Shown: piece after piece, positions 36,313 to 49,175 of the stretch
How positions within the stretch are numbered: position 1 is the first letter of the stretch
How the letters are laid out: each line of letters begins with the position of its first letter
DNA from: Macrostomum lignano
Taxonomy: Eukaryota
Assembly (NCBI GenBank): GCA_002269645.1
Contig: NIVC01001960.1
Span: 124,001-188,000 of the forward strand
Reading direction: 5' to 3'
DNA length: 64,000 bases
The notes under the pieces: generated by a model
The model's database searches: none
What the model was told of the DNA's origin: nothing
What the model saw: the letters and a program-made list of their open reading frames with translations, nothing else
Position numbers and translations under genes: made by a program

Positions 36313-39160
36313 TTGATTTATATTAAAATATAGTACATAATCTTGAAAATTTTCAAACTTCAAATTTATAGTAAGATAGTAGGCTTTTAAAGCTGGTATG
36401 CACTATGCAGTAGTTAATTTACTGGATAACCAGCAAAGGCCAAAAGGTACCTTGCCAGGTAAAGTTGGTAAAGTTGATAAATCACAGCAAAGATACCAAT
36501 AACTTTTAAAAATGTTTAAAAAATCAGCTGATTTTTAACTGAAGAATATTTGTAGTTTATGAAGAATTGAATGTTAGGCATTAAGCAATAACAGATACAA
36601 TTTTTAACCGTGGTAAAAAGGTTACGTATATTTTTCTGCTACTTTGTTTTAACATGCAATGACGAGCCGAGTAGAAATCTTTCAGTCGTTTAAAAGTAAT
36701 AATTACAAGAAATCAATTCTCGACATTGAATTAGTGTGCAAGTGACTTGTGACTAGAATGTTATAGGCTTTAAATTTAGGCGGAGAGACAAATCTTAGAC
36801 ATTTAGTATATGTAAACCAGTGGAATTGAGGCTAACTAGACTTAAGCTGCTATTAATTCAGAGTTTCATTTCTCAATTAATTAATCTTCTGTAGTAATTA
36901 GTAGTAGTAAGTAGCAACTAGCAACTTTGGTGATTATTTAAGTAACAAGTAGCTTAGCTTCATTAGTTTATTTAAATTATTTATTTAAATGGCGAAATGA
37001 ATTTCTATTTAATGAGATTTTTAGCCTAACCATTACTGAGTTTTACAATTTAATTTGCTAAGTTCTATTCTAATACTTAATATTATCATTATTATGGTGT
37101 GATTCTTTATTTCTTAGTAAGCTTTTTTAGACTCCTCAAATTCAAATGCTAAGATTGCTAAGAATCACTTAAATAACGATAAAGTAATTTAATGAACAAT
37201 TCTGCAGGATAGCCTATTTTTCATTTATGTAAAACATTTTATGTACATTGTATGTTAACTAGGCCTATCTTTTTTATTTTATGATTTTATACTTAAGAGT
37301 CTTAAGTATCTTGCCTAGAGTCTTGCCTTTAAGTATAGGGTGTAATGGCCAATTGCATCATTTTTAATTTAATAAATATGATATAAAGTAGAGCATAATA
37401 TAGTATAGGCATAAACTGAGAGGTCTAATATTATTGATTACATTGTGGTAGCTTAGTCTTAGGCCTATTGTTTAAACATTTTAATAGTCAAATTCTAAGC
37501 TTATCAGATGCACATCTAGGGCAATGCCCTAGAATTTATAATTTAAGTAATAAATTCTACTTAAATTAATAAATTAAAATAAAATAAAGACTAATAAATT
37601 CCAGGGCATTGCCATAGTTAGGAAGATGGCCTTTTTCATAAAATTATGGCACAAAAAGATGTTGAACAAGTAACTATGCTAGCACATTCTGGTGCAACAG
37701 CAGATGGGAAGAGGGAAATCTGGTATAGTATGGTACAAGACAAAAAAAGCTGGTACAATTTGGCAAGAAATTTTTTAGCAGAACAATAATTTTATAGATA
37801 GAAAATTAGCACTTTCTTGTTTAATAGTATATCTATATTGATAGATTTTTTCAAATAAAGTATATTAACATTGAATTTGCTATGAAATAGATTCAAATAC
37901 ATGTTTTATAAGTATTTTTTAAATAGAAAAATTGATTTTTGTGTTCTTGTATTTTTTCATAAAAATGTTCTGGCATATGATATAGCAAAGCAAACTTATT
38001 TGATAGGAATAGTTGTAGTGCATAGTGCAATCAAACTTTTTTATAGGATTTGTTCTGGCATATGTATGCCATAAACCTGACTATGGGGGAATTTAATGGA
38101 CTATTTTATTTTTAATATATATAAAATCATTTATTATCTTTGCATTATAACCCTACACTTTATGCAATCACATGGAAAAGTTTATATAATAAATAGAAAA
38201 TGTTCATTTTAGGCATAAATTCTTGAAGCTTTGCTTTGTACATTTGAATTTATATCAACTAGTATAGAATGATTAACAGGCATCAGGCAAAATATTATAA
38301 AAGATATTTTTGATTTTTAGCTGGTATGTACTAAAAACTTTTTTGATATACATTAGCATACATTTGGCCATCATTCAATTCTTGTTTAGACATGCAATTA
38401 GCATTATCTACACTATGGTATAGGATCAACAGTCCTATTTTTTAATGTGCTTTTTATTTAGTATAATGAGTTATTATTTGAGTACCCCTGGCCATAGATT
38501 TTTAGATAGATTTACAATATATTCTAACTTGGATAGAAGCAAGCATCAATAGAGCTAAGGAATTGATATTGGCTAAATAGTTTTTGCATTAATAAATATT
38601 GTATTAGTAGAGGTTTTGTTATTATAGTTTATCATCTTGATATATATTATTAATTTATTATTGAGCATATATAATAATATAGCTAATGGGGTTAGACATT
38701 ATAAGAATATAGAGAAATGCTATTGAAAGTAATTATTGATGATAGAAAAGGTGAAGTCAAAGTTGTACATTTGGCATAAAGGTTACTAACTACACTAATT
38801 AAATAAAAACTAACATACACCTGCAACCTCAAGTTTTACCTAGCTAGTAGGAAATTTTTCTACAAAAAAGATATTTTTATCTAGAAAGCCTTTATGTGAC
38901 AGTTTTTAGTACTTTGTTGATTTGTTTTGCCATAATTTAAGTATCAAAACTTAAAAAAAGGAAATTTAATCCTGAATGAAAGGTATTTAATGTAAGATTT
39001 GATATAAATTAAGATAACAATATGAAAAGGGTTAAACAAAGAGTTTTATTATCTTTTTCATAAATGTTTGCATTTATTTAATTATTGGTTACTTTTTTAG
39101 GATATAGGATATACGAGTAATTTTAATTAAATTTCCAATTTTCTTGTCATGCTGCCAGAC
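35280..39160. promoter_or_regulatory. AT-rich island free of tandem repeats, spanning RNF11 exon 1 and the RNF11/CLEC16A divergent intergenic region; putative bidirectional promoter/outrons
   Basis: Abrupt compositional change visible by eye and head-to-head gene arrangement. Function is inference. Confidence 0.4.
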
Positions 39161-39174
39161 CAGCCCTCGCTCTC

Positions 39175-42100
39175 ATGTTCTCACGCTCGGGCAAAGGCGG
39201 CGGATTCTTCTCCTCTGGCCAGCTGTGGAAGTCGAAGAATCCACACTCGCTTGAGTATCTCAAGTATTTGTATGGCGTGCTCTGCAAAAACCAAAATGTC
39301 ACTGAGCAGAATCGGAGCCTAGTAGTTGAGGCCCTGCGATCGATGTCCGAAATTTTAATCTGGGGAGATCAGAATGACGATACAGTGTTTGACTTCTTTC
39401 TTGAGAAGAGTCTGCTGTCATTCTTTCTTAATTATATGAAGCAGAAGTCTGGCCAGTTCATCTGCGTCCAGCTGCTTCAGACCCTCAGCATTCTGTTTGA
39501 GAACATCAGCAAGGAGTCTTCAGTGTATTATCTGCTGTCTAATAACCATGTTAACTCAATTATCTGTCAGAAGTTCGACTTCAACGATGAAGAGGTATGC
39601 GAAATGGTCTATTTTGTCAGCAATGCCAATAGCTTATATAAGTTTTAAGGGAAGAGCTTCTGGACTGGACAAACTGATGTACTTTTGAATGGGAATGATT
39701 CTGGGCGCACATATATACTTTTGAATGAAAATTATTCTGGACACACTGATGTACTTTTGAATGAAAATGATTCTGGACACACTGATGTACTTTTGAATGA
39801 AAATGATTCTGGACACACTGATGTACTTTTGAATGGGAATGATTCTGGACACACTGATGTACTTTTGAATGGGAATGATTCTGGGCACACTGATGTACTT
39901 TTAAATGGGAATGATTCTGGGCACACTGATGTACTTTTCAATGGGAATGATTCTGGGCACACTGATGTACTTTTCAATGGGAATGATTCTGGGCACACTG
40001 ATGTACTTTTCAATGGGAATGATTCTGGGCACACTGATGTACTTTTCAATGGGAATGATTCTGGGCACACTGATGTACTTTTCAATGGGAATGATTCTGG
40101 ACACACTGATGTACTTTTGAATAGGAGTGATTGGGTACATTGATGTACTTTTAAATAGGAGTGATTAGGCACATTGATGTGCTACAAATGTCAGGAGAGT
40201 CAGGATGCTATAGCATCTTTATTGCACAAAAAACCTGTTATAGGGGTTCTTGGCTCTCTAAAATCTTTTTTTAATCTTAGGCCTACTTTTAAATAGGAGT
40301 GATTATGAGAACACGGATGTACTTTTAAGTTGGAGTAATTGATGGGGCATAAAAACTATTGAGTCAAGTGATTAAAAAATATAGTTGAAGTGTCAAGTTT
40401 TACCCACCCTCTCTTTGCCCAGGTGATGGCCTACTACATATCGTTTCTGAAGACTCTATCGCTGAAGCTGAACAAGCACACAATTCACTTCTTCTACAAT
40501 GAGCACACTAACGACTTCGCTCTGTACACCGAGGCCATAAAATTCTTCAACCACCCGGAGAGCATGGTGCGCATAGCCGTTCGCACCATCACCCTCAATG
40601 TCTATAGGGTTGACGATAAGGCCATGATGCGTTATATTCGCGAGAAATCAGCCGGGCCCTACTTTTCCAATTTGGTCTGGGTGATGGGCAGCCACGCGCT
40701 AGAGATGGACGCTTGCATCCGGTCGGATCACACCGCCAGGGCTCGCCTAGCCGACCTGGTCTCCGAGCACCTGGACCAGCTGCATTACATTGGCGACGTT
40801 CTCCGTCTGGGCATCGAAGCGTTGAACGCCACCCTGACCGACTATCTGGTTGACGGTCTCCTGCTGCCGCTGACTGTGCGCTCCCTGCTTGGCGGCGACC
40901 CCAGCTCGGCATCCACCAGCGTTGGCGTCAACCGCTCCCTAGCCGCCTACCTGCTGGCTCACCTCTACCTGGCTGTACACCATCCGCCACTTTGTCGGCG
41001 CCTGCTTGACGCCGCTCTGACCGGACTGGCCGCCTGTCGCAACCGGGAATTCGTCCGGCCGGCCGAGAGTCTGGCCGAAGCGCTTGACAAACGGGCCGGC
41101 CGACCTCGGCCAGGCATTCGAGTCGGGCAGGATGGCAGCGTCCAGCGGCAGGGCTCCCTGCCGGACGAGGAGGCGGCAGCGACTGCCGACCTGGCCTCGT
41201 CTTCAGAGGACGGCAGCGGAGGCGACACGTTCGAAGACGCTCTTGACGATGTGCCTCAGCAGCTGGCGCAGACGCCCCAATCGGGCAGCCTGCTCGAGGC
41301 TCTGCTGTCCGCCTTGGAAGCCGCCGCCAATTCGGCAGATTCGGTCGATGCCGACTCGTTTGCGCTGCACTCGCTCGGCCTGCTGCACTCGCTGGCCCGG
41401 AGTCCCGGCTTGCACGGCCAGTCTATTGAACGGGTTGTGTCCGGCAGTGCCGGCCGCCTGGCCGAGGCCCTGCTAAAACTGCTTGCCAGCGCCTGCCAAG
41501 GAAATTCTCGGATTCGCTTGGCAACAGCTGAATTGGCAGCCGAGCTCATTGACCGATTGGCCACGTCTGAGAATGCCGAGATTGCCGGCTCGATGCGCCA
41601 GCAGGTGGGCTGATTGTACTTTATTATTTAGCCTAGCCTACTAGCCTACTTCTAGGATTTAGAAAATTTCAGGATTTTTAACCATAGCATAGGATAGATC
41701 AAACATAGGATGCACTGGCACCCATGTGAATCAGGCATACGATGCACTGGCACCCATATGAATCAGGCATATGATGCATTGGCACCCATATGAATCAGGC
41801 ATAGGATGCACTGGCACTCATATGAATCAGGCATATGATGCACTGGCACTCATATGAATCAGGCATATGATGCACTGGCACTCATATGAATCAGGCATAG
41901 GATGCACTGGCACTCATATGAATCAGGCATAGGATGCACTGGCACCCATATGAATCAGGCATAGGATGCACTGGCACTCATATAAATCAGGCATAGGATG
42001 CACTGGCACTCATATGAATCAGGCATAGGATGCACTGTCACCCATATGAATCAGGCATAGGATGCACTGGCACTCATATGAATCAGGCATAGGATGCACT

Positions 42101-44968
42101 GGCACTCGTATAAATCAGGCCATTTCAGCACTGGCACTCATATGAATCAAGGCATAGAATGCACTGGCACTCATATGAATCAGGCATAGGATGCACTGGC
42201 ACTCGTATAAATCAGGCCATTTCAGCACTGGCACTCATATGAATCAGGCATAGGATGCACTGGCACTCGTATAAATCAGGCCATTTCAGCACTGGCACTC
42301 ATATGAATCAGGCATATGATGCACTGGCACTCATATGAATCAGGCATATGATGCACTGGCACTCATATGAATCAGGCATAGGATGCACTGGCACTCATAT
42401 GAATCAGGCATAGGATGCACTGGCACTCATATGAATCAGGCATAGGGCGAGCATGAGCATTGGTTATTTATTATGTATGTTTTTCAATACATAGATTCAA
42501 CCTATAGATTTCACATACTACCGTACTTTCAGTAGGCAGTTGCGCGCATTGTCAAACAAATAAACAGTATACATATTTAAATATATCTGCAGGCTCTGCT
42601 AGACTCCGTCAGCCAGGCCAGCACGCTGGGCGTTCAGCTGCGCTTCCGCTCGGGTGACGATCTGTTTCTTGACCTATTCGAAGACGAGCTGGCCAGACTG
42701 AAGCCCGTCAACCTGGAGCTGCTGCTGATGGACTCCAGCCTGCTGCTGGCGCCGGCCGCCACGCCAATGTCCGGCATCGACGATTTCGCCCGTCGGCTGC
42801 CCTGCGGCGAGGTCGAACGATCGCGCCGCTCTGTGCGCCTGTTCCTAACGGTGCGTCGGCTCTACCAGCGACTGGCCAGCCCTCCTGGAGTGTCCGATGC
42901 CGACCTGCCGCTTGGCGGTCCGGCCGAGCCCGTCCGCGTGGCCGACTCGCTAGACTTGAACAATAGCGATCTGATTGGCTGCCGAGTAGAGCGGGAGGCC
43001 GGCCGGCCAGTGGAGCGGCGCTTCCTAGTTGTAGACGCGGTGCGGCACCAGGCCATGCTGGTTGAGCCAGACTCTCGCCGGCTCGGCTGGGGTGTGGTGA
43101 AATTTGTTGGCTACCTGCAGCACGTTGAGGCGGCCTCGGATAGGGAGGATTCGCGCTGTCTGCACGTCACTTTTCACAATCCGGGCACTGCGCCTTACGG
43201 GGGCCCTCGGCCGCCCCTGCTTGCCGCTAAGTACGTTTGCGTTTGTATCTATAGATCTGATTTTTAGTATATGGATGTGTATGTACATACAGATCTGATG
43301 TTTATGACTATATATCTGATGTTTGTCTATAGATTTGATGTTTCAGTATAATATAGATCTGATGTGTATGTCTCATCCATAGACGTTTATAGATTTGATG
43401 TTTATGTCAATAGATTTTATGTTTACGTTCATTAAATCCGATGTTTCTGTACGAAGATCTGATGTTCATGTCTATAGATCTGATGTTCATGTCTATAGAT
43501 CTGATGCTCATGTCTATAGATCTGATGTTCATGTCTATAGATCTGATGTTCATGTCTATAGATCTGATGTTCATGTCTATAGATCTGATGTTCATGTCTA
43601 TAGATCTGATGTTCATGTCTATAGATCTGATGTTCATGTCTATAGATCTGATGTTCATGTCTATAGATCTGATGTAGTGACTATAGATCTGATGTGTATG
43701 TCCATAGATCTGATGTTTATGCCTATAGATATGAGATGTGAGGTATGAGATATGAGACCTCTGTATTCGAATGTGATGAGATCTCTTAAAGGGAAAAGAT
43801 CAGAGACTATTGGCCTAGGCTCATAAAGCAGCTCATTATTTCCCCTCATCTTTATTTCAGATTTATATTCGACGACCACATCCGGTGCATGGCTGCACGC
43901 CAGCGCCTGGTCAAAGGTCGGCAACGTGTCAGACGCGAGAAATCCGTCCGTCTGGCCGCTCTGCTCGGCCTGGCGCCCGCCAACTCGGCGTCGGCCGCCT
44001 CGACGCATGCCGCTGCCGCATCAGCGTCCACGGCGGCTGCAGCAGCTACGCGACCAAGACGGGAGAAGCGGCTGTCTGCTTCAAGGAACTCGGCTGCCGC
44101 ATCGCCGCCCGCTAGCCTGGTTGGCCGGCCGTCTCGTGCATCCGGCTCCGCCGCCGCTACAGCTGCCGCCACCGCAACCTTCACCGAGACCTGCCTGCTG
44201 AGCCCCGCCGAAGCTGATCGAATCGACCTGTTTGTTGAGCAGGCCGCCTCTGAGGCCGCCGCGGCAACTGTCTCCAAATGCACTGTTGACCCTAAAGGCG
44301 ACACCGCTTGCAATGGCGTTTCTTTAGCCAGCAAGGCTAATGCCACTGCTGCTGCTCCTAGCAGCTCACCTGCCGCCAGCAATGCTGATGCTGCCGCTTC
44401 TGCTCCTAGCAGCAATGATGATGCTGCCGCTGCTGCTTCTAGCAGCAATGCTGATGCTTCCGCTTCTGCTCCTAGCAGCAATGATGATGCTGCCGCTGCT
44501 GCTTCTAGCAGCAATGCTGATGCTGCCGCTTCTGCTCCTAGCAGCAATGATGATGCTGCCGCTGCTGCTTCTAGCAGCAATGCTGATGCTGCCGCTTCTG
44601 CTCCTAGCAGCAATGATGATGCTGCCGCTTCTGCTCCTAGCAGCAATGATGATGCTGCCGCTTCTGCTCCTAGCAGCAATGATGATACTGCCGCTGCTGC
44701 TCCTAGCAGCAATGATGATGCTGCCGCTGCTGCTCCTAGCAGCAATGATGATGCTGCCGCTGCTGCTCCTAGCAGCAATGCTGATGCTGCCGCTTCTGCT
44801 CCTAGCAGCAATGATGATGCTGCCGCTGCTGCTTCTAGCAGCAATGATGATGCTGCCGCTGCTGCTCCTAGCAGCAATGCTGATGCCGCCGCTGCTGCTC
44901 CTAGCAGCAATGCTGATGCCGCCACTGCTGCTCCTAGCAGCTCACCTGCCGCCAGCTCGGAGAACTAG
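39175..44968 (+). CDS. CLEC16A: CLEC16A/Ema/GOP-1 orthologue (FPL domain); exons 39175-39594, 40423-41604, 42593-43230, 43861-44968
   Basis: KNPHSLEYLKYLY, EILIWGDQND, FDFFLEK, YYLLSNNHVNSII, EEVMAYYISFLKTLSLKLN, FFNHPESMVRIAVRTITLNVY, PCGEVER, GWGVVKF, KFIFDDHIRCMAARQRL; all junctions GT-AG and in frame. Confidence 0.95.
39670..40130. repeat. 36-bp minisatellite in CLEC16A intron 1, ~13 copies
   Basis: ACTGATGTACTTTT recurs every 36 bp. Confidence 0.93.
41705..42445. repeat. 32-bp minisatellite (ATGAATCAGGCATAGGATGCACTGGCACTCAT) in CLEC16A intron 2, ~23 copies
   Basis: Directly visible. Confidence 0.94.
43245..43730. repeat. 21-bp minisatellite (TCTATAGATCTGATGTTCATG) filling most of CLEC16A intron 3
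   Basis: Homogeneous core ~43450-43670 with degenerate flanks. Confidence 0.92.
44341..44950 (+). repeat. Coding 33-bp (11-aa, AAASAPSSNDD-type) tandem repeat in the CLEC16A last exon, ~18 copies
   Basis: In frame within ORF 43889-44968. Confidence 0.92.
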
Positions 44969-45631
44969 GCACCTCGAATAAACAACGCGTTTTGTTTAAA
45001 ATATGTTTTAGTAGATTTTTGCATTTATCATCAATAAAACTGCAGTGTATTTTGCATTCTCTGGCTTATACGAGCGCTCCTATGCTCGTATTTTATATCA
45101 GTGATAAGATTTGTTAGAAAGTGTGCGATTTACTCGTATGTTGCGATAGCATGCCCTGTTACCTGATTTATAACTCACTGTGCATATAGGGTACTCCCAT
45201 TGATGTATTTCTCTGGTTCTGGTGAATCTAATCTCTGATAATCTTACGAATCTACCGTATCCTATCGTTTCCGTACTTTTCTCTTCATCAAAAATGCTAA
45301 TTGGCATAATAAAATTTTACTTTAAAATTTATTCGATTCTGTTTATAAAAACTATGGTTTACTTTGGTGTAATCTGATTAGAATTCGTTTGTCTTCTAAT
45401 ATTGAACTTTAACTAGTCAGCCACTTTTTCTGCAAAGATGCAATTTTGTGTGCTTAAGTGGCTTTTGAGTTATTGTTGGCTCTTGTGTATCCATTTTTTG
45501 TTCTTTGTTGCTGTCCACTTCTATAAAGTTTTTTTACATGCCGTTTTTTTATGCGGTCAACTTGTTTTAGCGTGTCTTTTGCTTTGCTGCTCAGTCAAAA
45601 AATCCACCAGGGGTTCTTTCTGCGGTGCAAG

Positions 45632-45805
45632 CAGACAGACAGACAGACAGACACTAGGACAGACAGACAGACAGACAGACAGACACTAGGACAGACAGAC
45701 AGACAGACAGACAGACACTAGGACAGACAGACAGACAGACAGACACTAGGACAGACAGACAGACACTAGGACAGACAGACAGACACAAGGACAGACAGAC
45801 ACTAG

Positions 45806-45849
<44 letters not shown>

Positions 45850-45973
45850 CAAGGACAGACAGACAGACACTAGGACAGACAGACAGACACTAGGACAGAC
45901 AGAAAGACAGACAGACAGACAGACAGACACTAGGACAGACATACAGACACTAGGACAGACATACAGACACTAG

Positions 45974-46068
<95 letters not shown>

Positions 46069-46642
46069 GCTAGGACAGACAGACAGACGCTAGGACAGAC
46101 AGACAGACACTAGAACAGACAGACACTAGAACAGACAGACACTAGGGCAAACAGACACTAGGACAGACAGACAGACACTAGGACAGACGGACAGACAGAC
46201 AGACAGCCAGACAGACAGACAGACAGACAGACTGACACTAGGACAGACAGACAGACACTAGGACAGACAGACAGACACTAGGACAGACAGACAGACACTA
46301 GAACAGACAGACACTAGGACAGACAGACAGGCACTAGGACAGACAGACAGACACTAGAACAGACAGACACTAGGACAGACAGACAGACACTAGGACAGAC
46401 GGACAGACACTAGGACAGACAGACAGACACTAGGACAGACGGACAGACAGACAGACAGCCAGACAGACAGACAGACAGACTGACACTAGGACAGACAGAC
46501 AGACACTAGGACAGACAGACAGACACTAGGACAGACAGACAGACACTAGAACAGACAGACACTAGGACAGACAGACAGGCACTAGGACAGACAGACAGAC
46601 ACTAGAACAGACAGACACTAGGACAGACAGACAGACACTAGG

Positions 46643-46682
<40 letters not shown>
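45632..46682. repeat. (GACA)n microsatellite with recurrent CACTAG interruptions
   Basis: Directly visible. Confidence 0.95.
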
Positions 46683-46683
<1 letters not shown>

Positions 46684-47173
46684 TAAAATTTTTATGTGTA
46701 ACATATTGATTGAGTACTTTGATTGAGTATAATAATTGAGTATATTGATTGCTGTAGACTAGTTGTCAGATTCAAGATATAAATGGTATGTTTCTTTGGT
46801 GCCGGAACAATCATACATATTTATTAACTGTATGCTTGAAGTCGGTGTTCAGTGCTATAATTATATTATAATTTTTCATCTCGGGCATTATGAGTTCGAT
46901 CGTTGCATCTCCCATCTCTATGTTGATTGAGCGAGTAGTCACACTTGGAATTCCCTCACTTTGATTATTGATTTATTGATTGTTTCATCTATCGCTATTG
47001 GTGTAACTCGTGCCCTATCGGCTTGATGCATTCCCATTGGAATTCTCAGCTTGTGATTTCAATATAAATTGCAAAAATTATAAATTGAACGAATTTTGCT
47101 CTTCGGTTTGTTTGTTTAGCTCTTTTCTGCTTGATTTTTAATAGTAATCTAGTCTTATTGTCTCGTGTTCAGT

Positions 47174-47660
47174 CCCATAGCTACCACAGAGACCTTTGCA
47201 TACCTGTACCGGAAGCAGACCTGCACATACCAATGTGTCCCATAGCTACCACAGAGACCTTTGCATACCTGTACCGGAAGCAGACCTGCACATACCAATG
47301 TGTCCCATAGCTACCACAGAGACCTTTGCATACCTGTACCGGAAGCAGACCTGCACATACCAATGTGTCCCATAGCTACCACAGAGACCTTTGCATACCT
47401 GTACCGGAAGCAGACCTGCACATACCAATGTGTCCCATAGCTACCACAGAGACCTTTGCATACCTGTACCGGAAGCAGACCTGCACATACCAATGTGTCC
47501 CATAGCTACCACAGAGACCTTTGCATACCTGTACCGGAAGCAGACCTGCACATACCAATGTGTCCCATAGCTACCACAGAGACCTTTGCATACCTGTACC
47601 GGAAGCAGACCTGCACATACCAATGTGTCCCATAGCTACCACAGAGACCTTTGCATACCT
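47174..47660. repeat. 65-bp tandem repeat, ~7.4 identical copies
   Basis: Identical pseudo-ORFs offset by 65 bp (47181, 47246, 47311...). Confidence 0.96.
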
Positions 47661-48186
47661 GGACAGACAGACAGACAGATTAAATAATCAATATAGAATC
47701 GCTGACTAAAGAGTCATTGAAAACAACTCACTCGTGACTCTAGCGACTCTTGTGACTTTTTAACGACTCAAGCGGCTTTAATGCGATGGAGAGGCGACTC
47801 TGACCCGATGAAAAACCGAGAGTCGTTGCAGGTAACACAGGTAAAATAGGAAAGAAGTGACTCTGAACCGACGAGTTGTCATGGTAAATGTCGCCAACAA
47901 GTCGTCAAAGAGTCGCCCAATAGTCATTTTGAAGCGTTTTTATAGTCTGCGACTCTGAAACGACTCTGGCGCGACGGTAGAACGACACTCGGGCCATAGA
48001 GTCGTATTTGAGTTGTGTTTGAAGTGCATTTGCTTCGGCTGACGAATTAGAGTCGTATATTCAGCGAAAGTTAAGCGCCAACACAACGACTCTTGGATGA
48101 CTCTTTCGCGACTCTTTAACGATTCTGCAACTCGCATGATGCGCTTGTAATGCAACAGCTGCCTCTCCGTCGCATTAGACACATTT

Positions 48187-48803
48187 GTGAGGAGGTTGTA
48201 GCCTAGTGAGGAGGTTGTAGCCTAGTGAGGAGGTTGTAGCCTAGTGAGGAGGTTGTAGCCTAGTGAGGAGGTTGTAGCCTAGTGAGTAGGTTGTAGCCTA
48301 GTGAGGAGGTTGAGGAGGTTGTAGCCCAGAGAGGGGGTTGTAGCCTAGTGAGGGGATTGTAGCCTAGTGAGGAGGTTGTAGCCTAGTGAGGAGGTTGTAG
48401 CCTAGTGAGGAGGTTGTAGCCTAGTGAGTAGGTTGTAGCCTAGTGAGGAGGTTGAGGAGGTTGTAGCCCAGAGAGGGGTTGTAGCCTAGTGAGGGATTGT
48501 AGCCTAGTGAGGAGGTTGTAGCCTAGTGAGGAGGTTGTAGCCTAGTGAGGAGGTTGTAGCCTAGTGAGGAGGTTGTAGCCTAGTGAGTAGGTTGTAGCCT
48601 AGTGAGGAGGTTGAGGAGGTTGTAGCCCAGAGAGGGGGTTGTAGCCTAGTGAGGGGATTGTAGCCTAGTGAGGAGGTTGTAGCCTAGTGAGGAGGTTGTA
48701 GCCTAGTGAGGAGGTTGTAGTCTAGTGAGGAGGTTGTAGCCTAGTGAGGAGGTTGTAGCCTAGTGAGGAGGTTGTAGCCTAGTGAGGAGGTTGTAGTCTA
48801 GTG
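48187..48803. repeat. 19-bp minisatellite (GTGAGGAGGTTGTAGCCTA) derived from the SINE 5' end/A-box
   Basis: The unit contains GTTGTAGCCTAGTG, identical to the SINE head at 57627-57640; the array runs into GTGGTTAGAGC. Confidence 0.9.
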
Positions 48804-48908
48804 GTTAGAGCCGTACGCAGCCTTTAGATGATCTGCGCAATAGCTGCGGCTGAGCTGTCGGTTGCACATCTGACCCAATCAGGGCAGGTGTGAATCAATT
48901 ATTATAAG
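48790..48908 (+). mobile_element. Internally deleted copy of the tRNA-derived SINE
   Basis: The head TAGTCTAGTGGTTAGAGC is joined directly to the 3' part CCGTACGCAGCC...GGGCAGGTGTGAATCAATTATTAT, matching 57836-57930. Confidence 0.8.
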
Positions 48909-49175
48909 TATATTATCACTGAAGCAATAAAAAACGAAGACCACTATCTGAGCACATGATGAGCAGGCCACCAGGCTAGTTAGTTAAGTAAACATTTCAC
49001 ACTAATAAGAGATGCTTCTTGGCCTAGGTAGCGTTTTCATCGGGCAGCCCCCTTGCTGCCTACAGGTCAACTGTAGCCTTGATCTACCTGCGGCAGCGCC
49101 TGCAGCCCCCCCCCCAATGCAAACTAACGGCACACGGCTATTGTTACATTTCTGCCAGGGTAGGCGGCATCTGCC

